A DNA stretch of 64,000 bases from an uncultured Chloroflexia bacterium (GTDB lineage: Bacteria; Chloroflexota; Anaerolineae; Anaerolineales; Villigracilaceae). Of the stretch, positions 50,554-60,672 are shown one piece after another. The notes beneath the pieces are model-generated. The model saw only the letters and a list, made by a program, of their open reading frames with translations, was not told the DNA's origin and made no database searches. The position numbers were made by a program, and so were the translations under genes. The stretch's first letter is position 1; each line of letters begins with the position of its first letter. The stretch lies in NCBI GenBank assembly GCA_963746745.1, contig CAVVCL010000005.1:28733-92732 (forward strand). The letters run 5' to 3'.

Positions 50554-51456
50554 CTACTCGGGCTGCCTGAGCCTGGTCCCGCAGACGCGGCAGTATCGGT
50601 CATCCGGATGCGCGCGTGTGCCGCATTGATGGCAGTAGACCTCGTTACCGGGGCGCTCCCGCCGCTCCGACGCCCTGCGATGACGCCTTTCGCTGGCGAG
50701 AACGCGCCCGCGGCTTGATTGCCAGAAGTAGACAGATCCGCCGACGATCAGGGCCAGCCCGAGCATACCCAAGACATACGGAAGATAGTTGCTGAGCATG
50801 ACCCGACCCGGCGTGGCAGCTCCGAGCGGCTGCGATGGTTGGAGATCCTGCCTGGAGGCCGTAAGGCTATCGGTGGTCTTCGAATAGCTGAGCTGGAGCG
50901 GCACTTGCTGCTGCGCAGCCACCGCACCGAAATCGTTTGTCAAGTAGGGCGTCCCATCCGCACTCTGACTGGATTGCATTGGGGGATCAGAGCTTACATT
51001 GGTGGCATCGAGAGGCATGCGCGCACTGATCGCAAGGTCAGTCACGGGGTAGTCGCCGGGCCATACGTAGGAGAACTGACGCACGTTCCCCTCTCCGGAC
51101 AGCGGCTGATAATATTCAATGTGGTAGGTGGCAGCGGTCTGTATCTGGAGGGAGATCGTCTGCCAGCTGTCACCCAGGCTGGGACCCTGATAGTCGGTGT
51201 TAAGCAGGCTCCCGTCAACTGACTGCGAGGCGACTGCAACCAGGTTCGCTTCCTTTGGAAAGCGCAGAGAGATGCTGATTGGCAGCTTGGCGTCGGCCGG
51301 CAGCCTGAAATCGTAGATCACGAGCATGCTCGGCTGATCGTACTCGGGCCACAGCTGGATCTGAAGACTCGAGAGCGTAATTGGGGTCTGCGCGTGCGCG
51401 CGAATTGAAAAGAAGATCGTCCCCGTGAGTATGGCCAGTGCCAACCACTTCCGCAT
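50554..51456 (-). CDS. Secreted or bitopic protein with a C-terminal cytoplasmic zinc ribbon, function unknown
   Basis: ORF 50554..51468; start ATG 51456 after GGTGGAGG. Signal peptide MRKWLALAILTGTIFFSIRAHA. TM YVLGMLGLALIVGGSVYFW. C-terminus YCHQCGTRAHPDDRYCRVCGTRL. Confidence 0.65.
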   Translation of the reverse strand: MRKWLALAILTGTIFFSIRAHAQTPITLSSLQIQLWPEYDQPSMLVIYDFRLPADAKLPISISLRFPKEANLVAVASQSVDGSLLNTDYQGPSLGDSWQTISLQIQTAATYHIEYYQPLSGEGNVRQFSYVWPGDYPVTDLAISARMPLDATNVSSDPPMQSSQSADGTPYLTNDFGAVAAQQQVPLQLSYSKTTDSLTASRQDLQPSQPLGAATPGRVMLSNYLPYVLGMLGLALIVGGSVYFWQSSRGRVLASERRHRRASERRERPGNEVYCHQCGTRAHPDDRYCRVCGTRLRQPE

Positions 51457-51564
51457 GCACGCCTCCACCCGCGAGTGTGAATCTTACCATGGCAGAGGGT
51501 CGACACAGCTTGCACCAACAGGGTGCCGACGCCCGGCGTTCAGCAGAAGTTCGTCGTGGCGCGT

Positions 51565-52539
51565 TCAGGCGGGGGCGTGCGCGAAGCCGAGCACGCGTGT
51601 GGAGGGTGCAGCGGTATATTCGGCGAGAGCTTCGACCAATTGCCAGCAGGCTTGATTCATGGGTGTCGGAACATGATGTCGAATTCCGGCGCGCGTCACG
51701 GCGCCGCAGATTGCGTCGATCTCCGTCGGTGCACCTCGCTGCACGTCCTGGAACATGGATGAATGATTGGAGGCAGTCCGGAGGGCCACGTCTTCCACCA
51801 ACTTCACAGGGTCCCGGGCGACGAGCGGAACCCGCTCCGCCAACGCAACGGCCGCGGTTTCTCTTGCCAAAGCGCCCATCAAAGCTCTGGCGGATGGCCG
51901 CTCAAGCAGTTCCCCGTTTGGGACTCGCAAGAGGGCTGTCAAAGGATTGATCGCCGCATTGATGATCAGTTTGCTCCAAACCACCGAGCTTGGATCAGAG
52001 ACTGTGTCGATCCTGAAGCCTGCCGATTCCAGTGCTTGACGCAATGGACCGACGTCTGGATGCGCCTCCAGCGAGATCTTGCCCTCGCCGCCCGGTTTCA
52101 CAAGCCCCGGGCCGAGCAACGTCGCCCCCGTGGTTGTCGAACCCAGCAGCACACGATGCGAGCCAAGTCGGGCAGCCAGTATTTCTCGGTTGCCCAAGCC
52201 GTTCTGCAGAGTGACCGCCAGACCGTCCTGTGCCAGACACATTCCCAAATCATCAGCGGCCCGCCCGGTTTGCCATGACTTGACAAGCACCAGGGCGTAC
52301 TGATGCCTTGGGCAATCTGCGGGGTCATCGGCGGCGGTCACGAAGAAACGTTGGTCTTTTCCGTGTGTATCGAGCAACCTGGCTCCACCCTCGCGAAGCG
52401 CCTGCACGCCGTCTGACCAGCGTCCCAACATCGTGACGCCGTGGCCAGCCCGCGCCAAGCGTGCAGCGAACAATGTCGCAAGCGCGCCGGTCCCGATGAT
52501 CAGAATATTGTCGGAGGTGGACGATGCCGTTGGATTCAT
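51565..52539 (-). CDS. panE: 2-dehydropantoate 2-reductase
   Basis: ORF 51565..52962; start set at ATG 52539 (MNPTASSTSDNILIIGTGALATLFAARLARAGH = Rossmann GxGxxG). KLIINAAINPLTALL and SMFQDVQRGAPTEID are typical of ApbA/PanE. Follows panB. Confidence 0.85.
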   Translation of the reverse strand: MNPTASSTSDNILIIGTGALATLFAARLARAGHGVTMLGRWSDGVQALREGGARLLDTHGKDQRFFVTAADDPADCPRHQYALVLVKSWQTGRAADDLGMCLAQDGLAVTLQNGLGNREILAARLGSHRVLLGSTTTGATLLGPGLVKPGGEGKISLEAHPDVGPLRQALESAGFRIDTVSDPSSVVWSKLIINAAINPLTALLRVPNGELLERPSARALMGALARETAAVALAERVPLVARDPVKLVEDVALRTASNHSSMFQDVQRGAPTEIDAICGAVTRAGIRHHVPTPMNQACWQLVEALAEYTAAPSTRVLGFAHAPA

Positions 52540-52564
52540 GCGCTGATTGCTCCCCGGAGGCAGA

Positions 52565-53467
52565 TCAGCCTTCGAGGTCGCCCAAGAGCTGTTGCCACTC
52601 GGCCTCATCGATGTCCACTGAGTGCTGGAGTGCCGGGAAAGATCGGTCCTTGACGTCCTGGATGTACTCGCCGAAGGCCCGCTGCATTTCCCCGTGGAAA
52701 TCAGCGTACTTCTTGACAAACTTCGGCGTGAATCGATCAAAGAGTCCGAGCAGGTCGTGCGTGACCAGGACTTGGCCGTCACAGCCAACACCGGCACCGA
52801 TGCCAATCGTAGGGATGGACAACCGACGAGAGACGAGCTCAGCGAGGCGGGCAGGTACGGATTCCAGCACGATGCTGAAACAGCCCGCCTCCTCAAGAAG
52901 CAACGCGTCCTCCAGCAAGCGCCTGGCAGCACCAGCACTGCGGCCCTGCGGCCGGAAACCACCCAACTGGTTGACGGACTGCGGTGTGAGGCCGAGGTGT
53001 CCCATCACGGGGATGCCGGCACCCGTTATCGCCCGGATCGCATCCGCTCGCTCTCTTCCGCCTTCGAGCTTGACCGCCTCCATGCCGGCCTCCTGCAGAA
53101 AGCGTCCGGCATTCCGTACTGCGGATTCGGTGGAGGCCTGATATGACATGAACGGCATGTCGCCGATCAGCAATGCGAATTTGGCGCCTCGAGCCACGGC
53201 GCGCGAGTGATGGAGCATTTCGTCCATGGTCACGGGCAAGGTGTTTTGATAGCCCAGGACAACCATGCCCAAGGAGTCTCCGACCAGAATCGAATCAATG
53301 CCCGCCTGGTCCTCTGCCAGGGCGGTCGGGTAATCATAGGCAGTCAGCATCGTGATGACTTCGTGACGCTCCTTCTTCTGACGGAAGGTCGCCGTGGTCG
53401 TCTTCTTACGCGGTGGTGCGACGGGTTGAACTACGGTTGCACTGATTACAGGAGCAGTTGTTGACAT
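52565..53467 (-). CDS. panB: 3-methyl-2-oxobutanoate hydroxymethyltransferase
   Basis: ORF 52565..53578; start ATG 53467 after GGAGGG. ITMLTAYDYPTA, VGDSLGMVVLG, KLEGG. Confidence 0.92.
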   Translation of the reverse strand: MSTTAPVISATVVQPVAPPRKKTTTATFRQKKERHEVITMLTAYDYPTALAEDQAGIDSILVGDSLGMVVLGYQNTLPVTMDEMLHHSRAVARGAKFALLIGDMPFMSYQASTESAVRNAGRFLQEAGMEAVKLEGGRERADAIRAITGAGIPVMGHLGLTPQSVNQLGGFRPQGRSAGAARRLLEDALLLEEAGCFSIVLESVPARLAELVSRRLSIPTIGIGAGVGCDGQVLVTHDLLGLFDRFTPKFVKKYADFHGEMQRAFGEYIQDVKDRSFPALQHSVDIDEAEWQQLLGDLEG

Positions 53468-53593
53468 GGTACCCTCCAATAAAGGTAGGGGCCGTTGGTG
53501 CGGTCTCCCCCGATCGCCGCGGGACAGCCTGACTCTGATTGCGCCGTCGTGCTCGGTGCCCGATAGACCTCGATGCACGCGGCCTGCATATTA

Positions 53594-53622
53594 TTCCACA
53601 AAACGGTCTTTTCGCCTATAAT
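53594..53622 (+). promoter_or_regulatory. Sigma70-like promoter TTCCAC-17 nt-TATAAT upstream of ytxH
   Basis: -35 at 53594-53599 and -10 at 53617-53622, 89 nt upstream of ATG 53711. Confidence 0.4.
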
Positions 53623-53710
53623 GATTCAGACAGAAGCACTAGGCTGCGTTCGGCACCGGGTGGGTGGGAGTACTTGACCACAGCGAGGCGCCGCAGTTGA
53701 GGAGACCTGA

Positions 53711-53935
53711 ATGCGCCGTATGTTTGGCTTTTTGATAGGAATCTTGATTGGTGCACTTGTCGGTTCAACCGTGGCCCTGTTGCTGGCACCGGATTCGGGT
53801 GAGAAGTTACGCGCCGAGTTGCGCCTTCGGGGTGATGGCTTGCTCGTCGACGTTCGTGAGGCAGCAGAATCCCGACGCACGGAGTTGAATGATCAACTCG
53901 AGGCTCTGCGTGCACCGCGCGAAGGCGGTGCCTGA
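53711..53935 (+). CDS. YtxH domain-containing protein
   Basis: ORF 53711..53935. GFLIGILIGALVGSTVALLLAPDSGEKLRAEL is the YtxH signature N-terminus. Confidence 0.8.
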   Translation: MRRMFGFLIGILIGALVGSTVALLLAPDSGEKLRAELRLRGDGLLVDVREAAESRRTELNDQLEALRAPREGGA

Positions 53936-53959
53936 AGCTCCGCCTACTGCCTGGAAGTC

Positions 53960-55111
53960 TCAGGACTTTGAGATGATCCGCCGGTAGAAGCGATCTGCCT
54001 CGCTCATGCAGCGAGTGTACTCGGCACGTTGTAATATGATCTCGTAATTCCGACTTGCTGCCCGATGGCGCAGGTTTTTGTTTGCGAGGGCTTCCACGAT
54101 AGACTCGGCCAATCCCCGCACGTCCGTGGCGTCCGTTAGGAGGCCATTCTCACCGTCCGTAATCCATTCGCGAATGGACTCAAGATCTCCTGCGACCGGA
54201 AGGCAGCCGGAGGCCATTCCCTCAAGCAATGAGTTAGGTGTACCGTCATGCACGCTCGGTGACACGACGACCTGGGCACTCCTAAACAGGTCCGCCATTT
54301 CGGTGGCCGCCAACTGAGGCAGAAGCTTGACCGCCTCGTCGATGTGAAGCGCTTCAATCCATTTGAGCGCCTCACGGTTACCGGCAAGCGACGCACACAA
54401 GAATTGTGCATTCGGGAACGTCTTGAGGACCAGGGGAATTGCCTGAAAAAAGACGTCAGTTCGAACATAGGATCGGGCGCCGCGCGGATTGACCACGACG
54501 GGCACGTCCACCAAATCCGCAGGCGGGTGGAATAAATCGGTCCTCACACCGCCGTTACCGGGGAGGATGCACGTGGGCTTGGACGCGTCAAAGCCCCATT
54601 CTTTGGCAAGGCGGATATCGCGACGGCAGTCGGCATGCAGGGCCTGCGCGGCCTGCAACGTCCAGGATGCGTAGTGCCGCAGGAGGGGAGTAGATGGGGC
54701 GTGCAGGGTGAGGTCATTGCCCCAAATGGATACGAGCAGTGGAGTGCCATCGTAGGCGTCAGCGGCAAGCATCCCCTCATAAGGGATCCGCATGGCGTGG
54801 ACCAGTTCCGGGCGAACGTGGGCCGCGACCTCTCGCAGTCGGCGCGACGCATGCGCAACGGTGAGGGGGCCAAAGAGATCCCGGATGGCTCTTTGCAGGC
54901 GAACGTAGCGGGTTAGACCCGGGTCCGAACCTCGAGATCTGGTTCGTATCTTGCTGTAGGCGACCGGCGTAAAGTCAAGACCCTTTAGTGGGAGATCCGG
55001 GGAGCAGTCGAAAGTTGAGGCCAGGTAGACCTCATCGCCGCGTTCCGCAAAGTACCGAATCCAATTCAGCGCAATGGGGGATCGGCCATCCGCCACAAAC
55101 AGCAGGCGCAT
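53960..55111 (-). CDS. Glycosyltransferase, GT4-like (GT-B fold)
   Basis: ORF 53960..55462; start set at ATG 55111 (MRLLFVADGRSPIALNWIRYF). C-terminal SPSVHDGTPNSLLEGMASGCLPV matches the GT1/GT4 nucleotide-sugar-binding region. Confidence 0.8.
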   Translation of the reverse strand: MRLLFVADGRSPIALNWIRYFAERGDEVYLASTFDCSPDLPLKGLDFTPVAYSKIRTRSRGSDPGLTRYVRLQRAIRDLFGPLTVAHASRRLREVAAHVRPELVHAMRIPYEGMLAADAYDGTPLLVSIWGNDLTLHAPSTPLLRHYASWTLQAAQALHADCRRDIRLAKEWGFDASKPTCILPGNGGVRTDLFHPPADLVDVPVVVNPRGARSYVRTDVFFQAIPLVLKTFPNAQFLCASLAGNREALKWIEALHIDEAVKLLPQLAATEMADLFRSAQVVVSPSVHDGTPNSLLEGMASGCLPVAGDLESIREWITDGENGLLTDATDVRGLAESIVEALANKNLRHRAASRNYEIILQRAEYTRCMSEADRFYRRIISKS

Positions 55112-55234
55112 TCGGTCAATATACCAGAAGTTGCCCATGAAAGTCAGCCGTAGTATCATTGGTGGGCTCTGCCACGGGAACAGCGATGTTCGTGGGGAAG
55201 TCCGGCAGGCATTCTTCGCAGAAAGAGGACATGC

Positions 55235-56542
55235 ATGAAACAAATCTGCGTCGTGGGAGTGGGGTACGTGGGCCTCGTTACCGGGGCTTGCTTTGCCGAT
55301 CTCGGCAACAAAGTCGCCGCGCTCGACGTCGACGAGAAACGGATCGAGAACCTCAAGAACGGTATTATGCCGATCTACGAGCCGGGCTTGGATGAACTCG
55401 TCCGGCGCAACGTAGCAGCGGGCAGGCTCTCCTTCACCAGTTCTTACTCGGAGGCGCTGCAAGGTGCGGAGTTTGTTTTTATTGCCGTGGGGACACCCTC
55501 CGGCGCCAGCGGCGAAGCGGACCTGCAGTTTGTGGCATCGGCGGCGCGGTCCATCGCGCAGAACATGGCCGGCCCGCTCGTGATCATCAACAAGTCAACG
55601 GTACCCATCGGTACAGGGGACTGGGTGGCAGACATCGTGAAAGGTGCGCAGACCCGGGAAATTCCCTTTTCTGTCGTGTCCTGCCCGGAGTTCTTGCGGG
55701 AAGGATCGGCGATAGCAGACTTCACGAGCCCGCATCGCACGGTGATTGGGTCTTTACACCACGAGGCGGCGGAGAAGGTGGCGCAACTGCACCTGCCTCT
55801 GCGGGCGCCCATCGTAATCACCGACCTGCGGACGGCCGAGATGATCAAGTACGCGTCCAATGCCTTCCTGGCAACCAAGATTTCCTTCATGAATGAACTC
55901 GCGGATCTCTGCGATTGCGTTGGGGCAGATGTCAAAGAGGTAGCGGCGGGCATGGGGTACGACGCGCGGATCGGCAGGCACTTCCTGGATGCCGGACTGG
56001 GCTGGGGCGGTTCATGCTTTCCAAAGGACGTAAAAGCCCTGGCGTACATGGCCAAAGAAAAGGGCCTTACGCCGCGCATCCTGGATTCCGTTACCAAGGT
56101 CAACTACGACCGCAGGTCCGATGTTGTGGAACGCCTGTCCGAAATGCTTGGAGGGCTCACGGGCAAGACCATCGGTCTGCTGGGTCTGGCCTTCAAGCCC
56201 AATACCGACGACATGCGCGAGGCTCCATCGATTGATGTAGCACAGCAGCTCGTGCGGGCTGGCGCCAAAGTGCGCGGCTACGATCCCGTGGCCATGGACG
56301 TCGCGCGGCCGCTCTTGCCGGATGTCCAAATGTTCAAGGATCCCTACGAGATGGCGGCGGGATGCGATGGGCTTGTGGTCGTCACGGAATGGAATGAGTT
56401 CAAGCAGCTTGATCTGGATCAAGTCAGAGAGGCGCTCAAGCAGCCCGTCATCTTTGATGCGCGGAACATCTACGACCCCAAGCTGATGAAGGAAAAGGGA
56501 TTCACGTATCGAGCGATAGGGCGCGGCTCGCCCGCGTCCTGA
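55235..56542 (+). CDS. ugd: UDP-glucose 6-dehydrogenase
   Basis: ORF 55235..56542. [22 protein letters not shown], catalytic [24 protein letters not shown]. Confidence 0.92.
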   Translation: MKQICVVGVGYVGLVTGACFADLGNKVAALDVDEKRIENLKNGIMPIYEPGLDELVRRNVAAGRLSFTSSYSEALQGAEFVFIAVGTPSGASGEADLQFVASAARSIAQNMAGPLVIINKSTVPIGTGDWVADIVKGAQTREIPFSVVSCPEFLREGSAIADFTSPHRTVIGSLHHEAAEKVAQLHLPLRAPIVITDLRTAEMIKYASNAFLATKISFMNELADLCDCVGADVKEVAAGMGYDARIGRHFLDAGLGWGGSCFPKDVKALAYMAKEKGLTPRILDSVTKVNYDRRSDVVERLSEMLGGLTGKTIGLLGLAFKPNTDDMREAPSIDVAQQLVRAGAKVRGYDPVAMDVARPLLPDVQMFKDPYEMAAGCDGLVVVTEWNEFKQLDLDQVREALKQPVIFDARNIYDPKLMKEKGFTYRAIGRGSPAS

Positions 56543-56548
56543 AAACGG

Positions 56549-57472
56549 ATGTCTGAGCCGCCCGTCTGCGACTACGAGGATTCGGACTACCAGACCTCGT
56601 TTTGGGAACACGGGGGCCGCGAGTACGAGGACCGGGTTGAAGCCATCGCCCTGCGGCGGCTGTTACCAAGACGGGGCCACCTGATGCTCGAGGTCGGCGC
56701 CGGGGCCGGACGAAACACGGCGCGCTACGGGGGCTACGAACGTATCGTGCTGCTGGATTATTCGATGACCCAGCTGGAGCAGGCTCAGAACCGACTCGGC
56801 AAATCCAACAGGTATGTGTATGTGGCTGCAGATGCGTATCACCTGCCGTTCATAAATGGCTTGTTTGACGCGGCCACCATGATTCGTGTGCTGCATCACA
56901 TGGCGGACGCCCCGAGCGCGCTGGCCCAGGTTCGAAACGTGCTCGGGCCCGACAGCACTTTCATTCTGGAGTTCGCCAACAAGCGAAATGCCAAGTCCAT
57001 CCTGCGCTACTGGCTCGGGCGCCAGCCCTGGAATCCTTTCACCCCGGAGCCGGTGGAATTCGCAAGGCTCAACTTCGATTTTCACCCGATGGCGATACGC
57101 GGTTGGCTGTCTCGATTGGGTTTTAGGATCGACAAGACGCTGACGGTTTCGCATTTTCGGGCAGGTGTCCTCAAGCGGCTCGTTCCCGTTGGAATGCTGG
57201 TCTGGCTGGATTCGGTGCTTCAGTGGACCGGAGAGCTGTGGCAATTAACGCCCAGCGTGTTCACGCGTGCGCAACTCAGGGCCGGGGCATCGGAGCAGCC
57301 CCGGGTATCGGTGGAGCCAGTAGGCTACTTCAAATGCCCTTCATGCGGGCACACGCCTTTGATGGAGCGGGAGGGCTTTCTTGAATGCGGCAACTGCGGC
57401 AGACAATGGCCGGTAAAGGGAGACATTTTCGATTTTCGGCCGCCGCGGGAGGGGCTGACGCCCGTCCGCTAG
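56549..57472 (+). CDS. Class I SAM-dependent methyltransferase with a C-terminal zinc-ribbon (Trm112-like) tail
   Basis: ORF 56549..57472. LEVGAGAGRNT motif I. C-terminal FKCPSCGHTPL...LECGNCGRQWPVKGDIFDF. Confidence 0.8.
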   Translation: MSEPPVCDYEDSDYQTSFWEHGGREYEDRVEAIALRRLLPRRGHLMLEVGAGAGRNTARYGGYERIVLLDYSMTQLEQAQNRLGKSNRYVYVAADAYHLPFINGLFDAATMIRVLHHMADAPSALAQVRNVLGPDSTFILEFANKRNAKSILRYWLGRQPWNPFTPEPVEFARLNFDFHPMAIRGWLSRLGFRIDKTLTVSHFRAGVLKRLVPVGMLVWLDSVLQWTGELWQLTPSVFTRAQLRAGASEQPRVSVEPVGYFKCPSCGHTPLMEREGFLECGNCGRQWPVKGDIFDFRPPREGLTPVR

Positions 57473-57528
57473 ACGCAGGCTACTGGGCGCCGGCGCGCGT
57501 GCGCCCCGCCCGACGCATTCCCAAACCA

Positions 57529-58461
57529 ATGCAGTACTCCATCGTGATTCGCGCCTTCAACGAGGCCCAGCATATTGGGCGATTGCTCGAAGGCATTGCG
57601 CGACAGACCGTGGCGGACCCAGAAACCATCGTCGTGGACTCGGGCTCGACGGACGCGACCGTCGCCATCGCCGAACGGTACGGCGCCATGGTGGTCCACA
57701 TCCCGTCGTCAGAGTTCAGTTTTGGTCGTTCATTGAATATTGGGGTGCGGGCTGCCTCAAATGAGATCGTTGTGGTCGCAAGCGCCCACGTCTATCCAGT
57801 GTATGCGGATTGGATCAGGCACCTTCTGCAGCCCTTCGAGGATCCGCGAGTGGCAGTCGTCTACGGCAAGCAACGCGGTGGCGAGACGACGCTCTTTTCC
57901 GAACGTCAGGTCTTCCGGCAATGGTTTCCCGAGGTGGACGCGGTGCCTCCATTGGGGCCGTTCTGCAACAATGCGAACGCTGCCATACGCCGCAGCCTGT
58001 GGGAAAAGCACGAATACGACGAAACGCTTACCGGACTAGAAGATGTGGCCTGGGCCAAATGGGCCCAGGAGCAAGGCCATCACGTTCGCTACGCTCCTGA
58101 GGCCGAGGTCGTCCACGTGCACAACGAACGACCGCGCCTTGTCTACAATCGCTACCGACGCGAAGCCATGGCTTTCAAGCGTATCTTTGCGGAAGCCCAT
58201 TTCAGCGCCTATGATTTCCTGCGTCTTACAGTCGCGAACATCTGGAGTGACCTGCTCCAGGCCGCTCGCGAGAAACGGCCGTGGCGCTATCCCGTATCGA
58301 TCTTCTGGTTCAGAATAGCCCAGTTCTGGGGAACCTACCAAGGGTACCGGCAATCAGGCCCCTTGACTCAACAACTGCGCGGAACCTTCTACTATCCGGG
58401 GGGCCCCGATCAACCAGCAGCCGCCAAACGGCAAATAGCCCCCATTCGCTACGACGAATAG
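57529..58461 (+). CDS. Glycosyltransferase family 2
   Basis: ORF 57385..58461; start set at ATG 57529 (MQYSIVIRAFNEAQHIGRLLEGI). VVDSGSTDAT and the later acidic motif fit the GT-A fold. Confidence 0.85.
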   Translation: MQYSIVIRAFNEAQHIGRLLEGIARQTVADPETIVVDSGSTDATVAIAERYGAMVVHIPSSEFSFGRSLNIGVRAASNEIVVVASAHVYPVYADWIRHLLQPFEDPRVAVVYGKQRGGETTLFSERQVFRQWFPEVDAVPPLGPFCNNANAAIRRSLWEKHEYDETLTGLEDVAWAKWAQEQGHHVRYAPEAEVVHVHNERPRLVYNRYRREAMAFKRIFAEAHFSAYDFLRLTVANIWSDLLQAAREKRPWRYPVSIFWFRIAQFWGTYQGYRQSGPLTQQLRGTFYYPGGPDQPAAAKRQIAPIRYDE

Positions 58462-58493
58462 TTCCCCGCTGTGCTTGATTGCCAGTCCATCGC

Positions 58494-59612
58494 CTAACCC
58501 CCCAGCGCCTCGTTAAGCCAATCCAAAAAGCCTCTTTCCTTGGGCTGAACTTCTGTGCCCAAGCTGACGGCCAGCTGTTCAAAGAGCGCCTTCTGTTCCG
58601 ACGTCAGCTTGGCCGGTATCTCGACATTCACAATGACCAACTGGTCGCCCCGATGGTCCTTTCGTCGCAAGTGCGGAACTCCCTTGCCCTTCAGGCGCAA
58701 AACCTTGCCTGGCTGGGTAGCGGCCGGGATGCGCAGCTGCTCCTCGCCGTCAATCGTGGGCACCGCTACTTCCGCGCCAAGCGTGGCTTGCGCCAGATTG
58801 ATATTCAGATTCAGGATGAGATCGTCTTCGCGCCGCCGAAAGAACTCGTGAGGTTTCACCTCGAGCAGCAGAAAGAGACTTCCGTTCGGCCCGCCAAGGG
58901 TTCCTGCCTCGCCCTCGCCCGCAAGCCGGATCTGCGTTCCGTTATCAACGCCCGGCGGGATCTCGACGCGCTTGTGAATCTTCCTTCGCTCGCGGCCTGC
59001 GCCGCGGCACGTTCGGCATGGAGAGGAAACAACCTCTCCGCGGCCACCACAATTTGGACAGGTGCTTGATTGGACCATCTGTCCCAGAATCGTCTGCCGC
59101 ACCTGACGGACCTCGCCCTGACCGCCGCACGTCGGGCAGCGCGTAGGCGTGGTTCCAGGCTCCGCCCCTGAACCGCCGCAGCGCGAGCAAGTATCTTCCC
59201 GCTCGAAGTCGATTTCCTTCTCGACGCCAAAAACCGCTTCCTGGAACTCGAGGGCGACTCCCATCTGAAGATCCCGGCCGCGGCGAGGGGCGTTCCGTGT
59301 ACTCCGTCCCGTCGAGAAACCAAATTGCCCGAAGAGCTCGCTGAATATGTCCCCAAAATCCACCGTGTAATCGTGGAAGCCGCCCATGTTTCCAAGGCCG
59401 GCTTTGCCAAAGCGGTCGTAGCGGGCGCGCTTCTCCGGATCCGCCAAAACGCCGTAGGCCTCATTGATTTCCTTGAATCTCTCCTCGGCATCCGGCTCCT
59501 TGCTGACGTCGGGGTGGTATTGACGCGCCAGTTTTCGAAAGGCGGTCTTGATTTCACCCTCACCCGCATTCCGGTCAATTCCGAGGATCTCGTAGTAGTC
59601 GCGTTCAGACAT
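58494..59612 (-). CDS. dnaJ: Molecular chaperone DnaJ
   Basis: ORF 58494..59612. J-domain DYYEILGI...YHPD, G/F region, four CxxCxGxG zinc motifs. Confidence 0.95.
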   Translation of the reverse strand: MSERDYYEILGIDRNAGEGEIKTAFRKLARQYHPDVSKEPDAEERFKEINEAYGVLADPEKRARYDRFGKAGLGNMGGFHDYTVDFGDIFSELFGQFGFSTGRSTRNAPRRGRDLQMGVALEFQEAVFGVEKEIDFEREDTCSRCGGSGAEPGTTPTRCPTCGGQGEVRQVRQTILGQMVQSSTCPNCGGRGEVVSSPCRTCRGAGRERRKIHKRVEIPPGVDNGTQIRLAGEGEAGTLGGPNGSLFLLLEVKPHEFFRRREDDLILNLNINLAQATLGAEVAVPTIDGEEQLRIPAATQPGKVLRLKGKGVPHLRRKDHRGDQLVIVNVEIPAKLTSEQKALFEQLAVSLGTEVQPKERGFLDWLNEALGG

Positions 59613-59967
59613 GATCTATGCTGCCGTGCACTGAGGCATCAAGCTCCATCGTGGAATTCCCGGAAGGGAAAGCAGCAGGTCCGGAGCCAACATGATAGGG
59701 CACGCGAGACCTCGAGCTCTCCACTTCAGGATCGCCAGCCTTGCGCCCCATGAGGCGTTTGATCGAGAACGCAGTATTGGCTGGATTCACAATTCCCTCA
59801 TTGCGGGCCCCTTGGCCGACCAGTCGCTCGTGGTTCTTGTCGACTGCCACAACGGACGGCACCAAGCATTCCCCTTCCGATGACAGAATGACAACCGGCG
59901 TGCCGGCCCGCATTACCGCCGAGCCGGCGTTGGCCGTGCCCAGATCTATGCCAATACTCGTGCTCAT
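59605..59967 (-). pseudogene. dnaK: dnaK remnant: only the first 100 or so codons of an Hsp70
   Basis: ORF 59605..59967. SIGIDLGTANAGSAV...PSVVAV...LVGQGARNEGIVNPANTAFSIKRLMGRK...VPYHV aligns to the Hsp70 N-terminus, then degenerates and stops inside the dnaJ start. Only 355 nt separate it from dnaJ, where about 1.9 kb would be expected. Confidence 0.8.
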
Positions 59968-60050
59968 GGGGCCTCGCCAGCGCGGAACTCGGTGGCAAGT
60001 TTCAATATCGCGCGGGCGGTGCGCGACAGCCAGGCTGCCGACTCGAGCTG

Positions 60051-60638
60051 CTATTCCGCTATCTTGACTTGGGCGGCCCTTAAGACTCGTTCACCGAGCA
60101 TGTAGCCACTCTGGACCACCGCCACCACTCGGCCGCTCTCGACGCCGTGCACAGGCTCTTGCGAGATCGCTTCGTGGAAATTGGGGTCAAAGACGGCGCC
60201 TTCAACCTGCATGCGTTTGACGCCTTCAGCCTCCAGAATGGCCTGAAGCTTGCGTTGGATCAGTTCAATGCCACTGAACCAAGCATCCTCGGGCGGTCGA
60301 TTCTGCAGGGCGCGCTCCAAGTCATCCACGACCGGCAGGATCCGGCGGATCAGATCACCCTTCATTGATGCCTGGTCTGCTTCGCGGTCGCGCTCCACCC
60401 TTTTCTTGAAATTCTGGAACTCGGCCATTGCGCGTTGCCAGCCGTCGAGGTTTTCGGCCGACCTCGCTTCTGCCTCTGCCAGCCGGTCCTGGATGTCGTT
60501 GGTCTCGTGGCGGCGGCTCTCAGGCTCCGCGGGCGTTTCGGTAATGGATGGAGCAGAAACGTCGGGGTCTTCGATGGGAAGGTCCTGTTCGCCGCCGGTG
60601 TGTTGAGCTTGGTGCTTGTGATGCCTGTTCTCTGTCAT
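60051..60638 (-). CDS. grpE: Nucleotide exchange factor GrpE
   Basis: ORF 60051..60707; start set at ATG 60638. AEFQNFKKRVERDRE coiled-coil region and C-terminal FDPNFHEAISQEP. Confidence 0.9.
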   Translation of the reverse strand: MTENRHHKHQAQHTGGEQDLPIEDPDVSAPSITETPAEPESRRHETNDIQDRLAEAEARSAENLDGWQRAMAEFQNFKKRVERDREADQASMKGDLIRRILPVVDDLERALQNRPPEDAWFSGIELIQRKLQAILEAEGVKRMQVEGAVFDPNFHEAISQEPVHGVESGRVVAVVQSGYMLGERVLRAAQVKIAE

Positions 60639-60672
60639 GTAATTCTGCCAATAGGAGCGAATCTGTCGAGGC

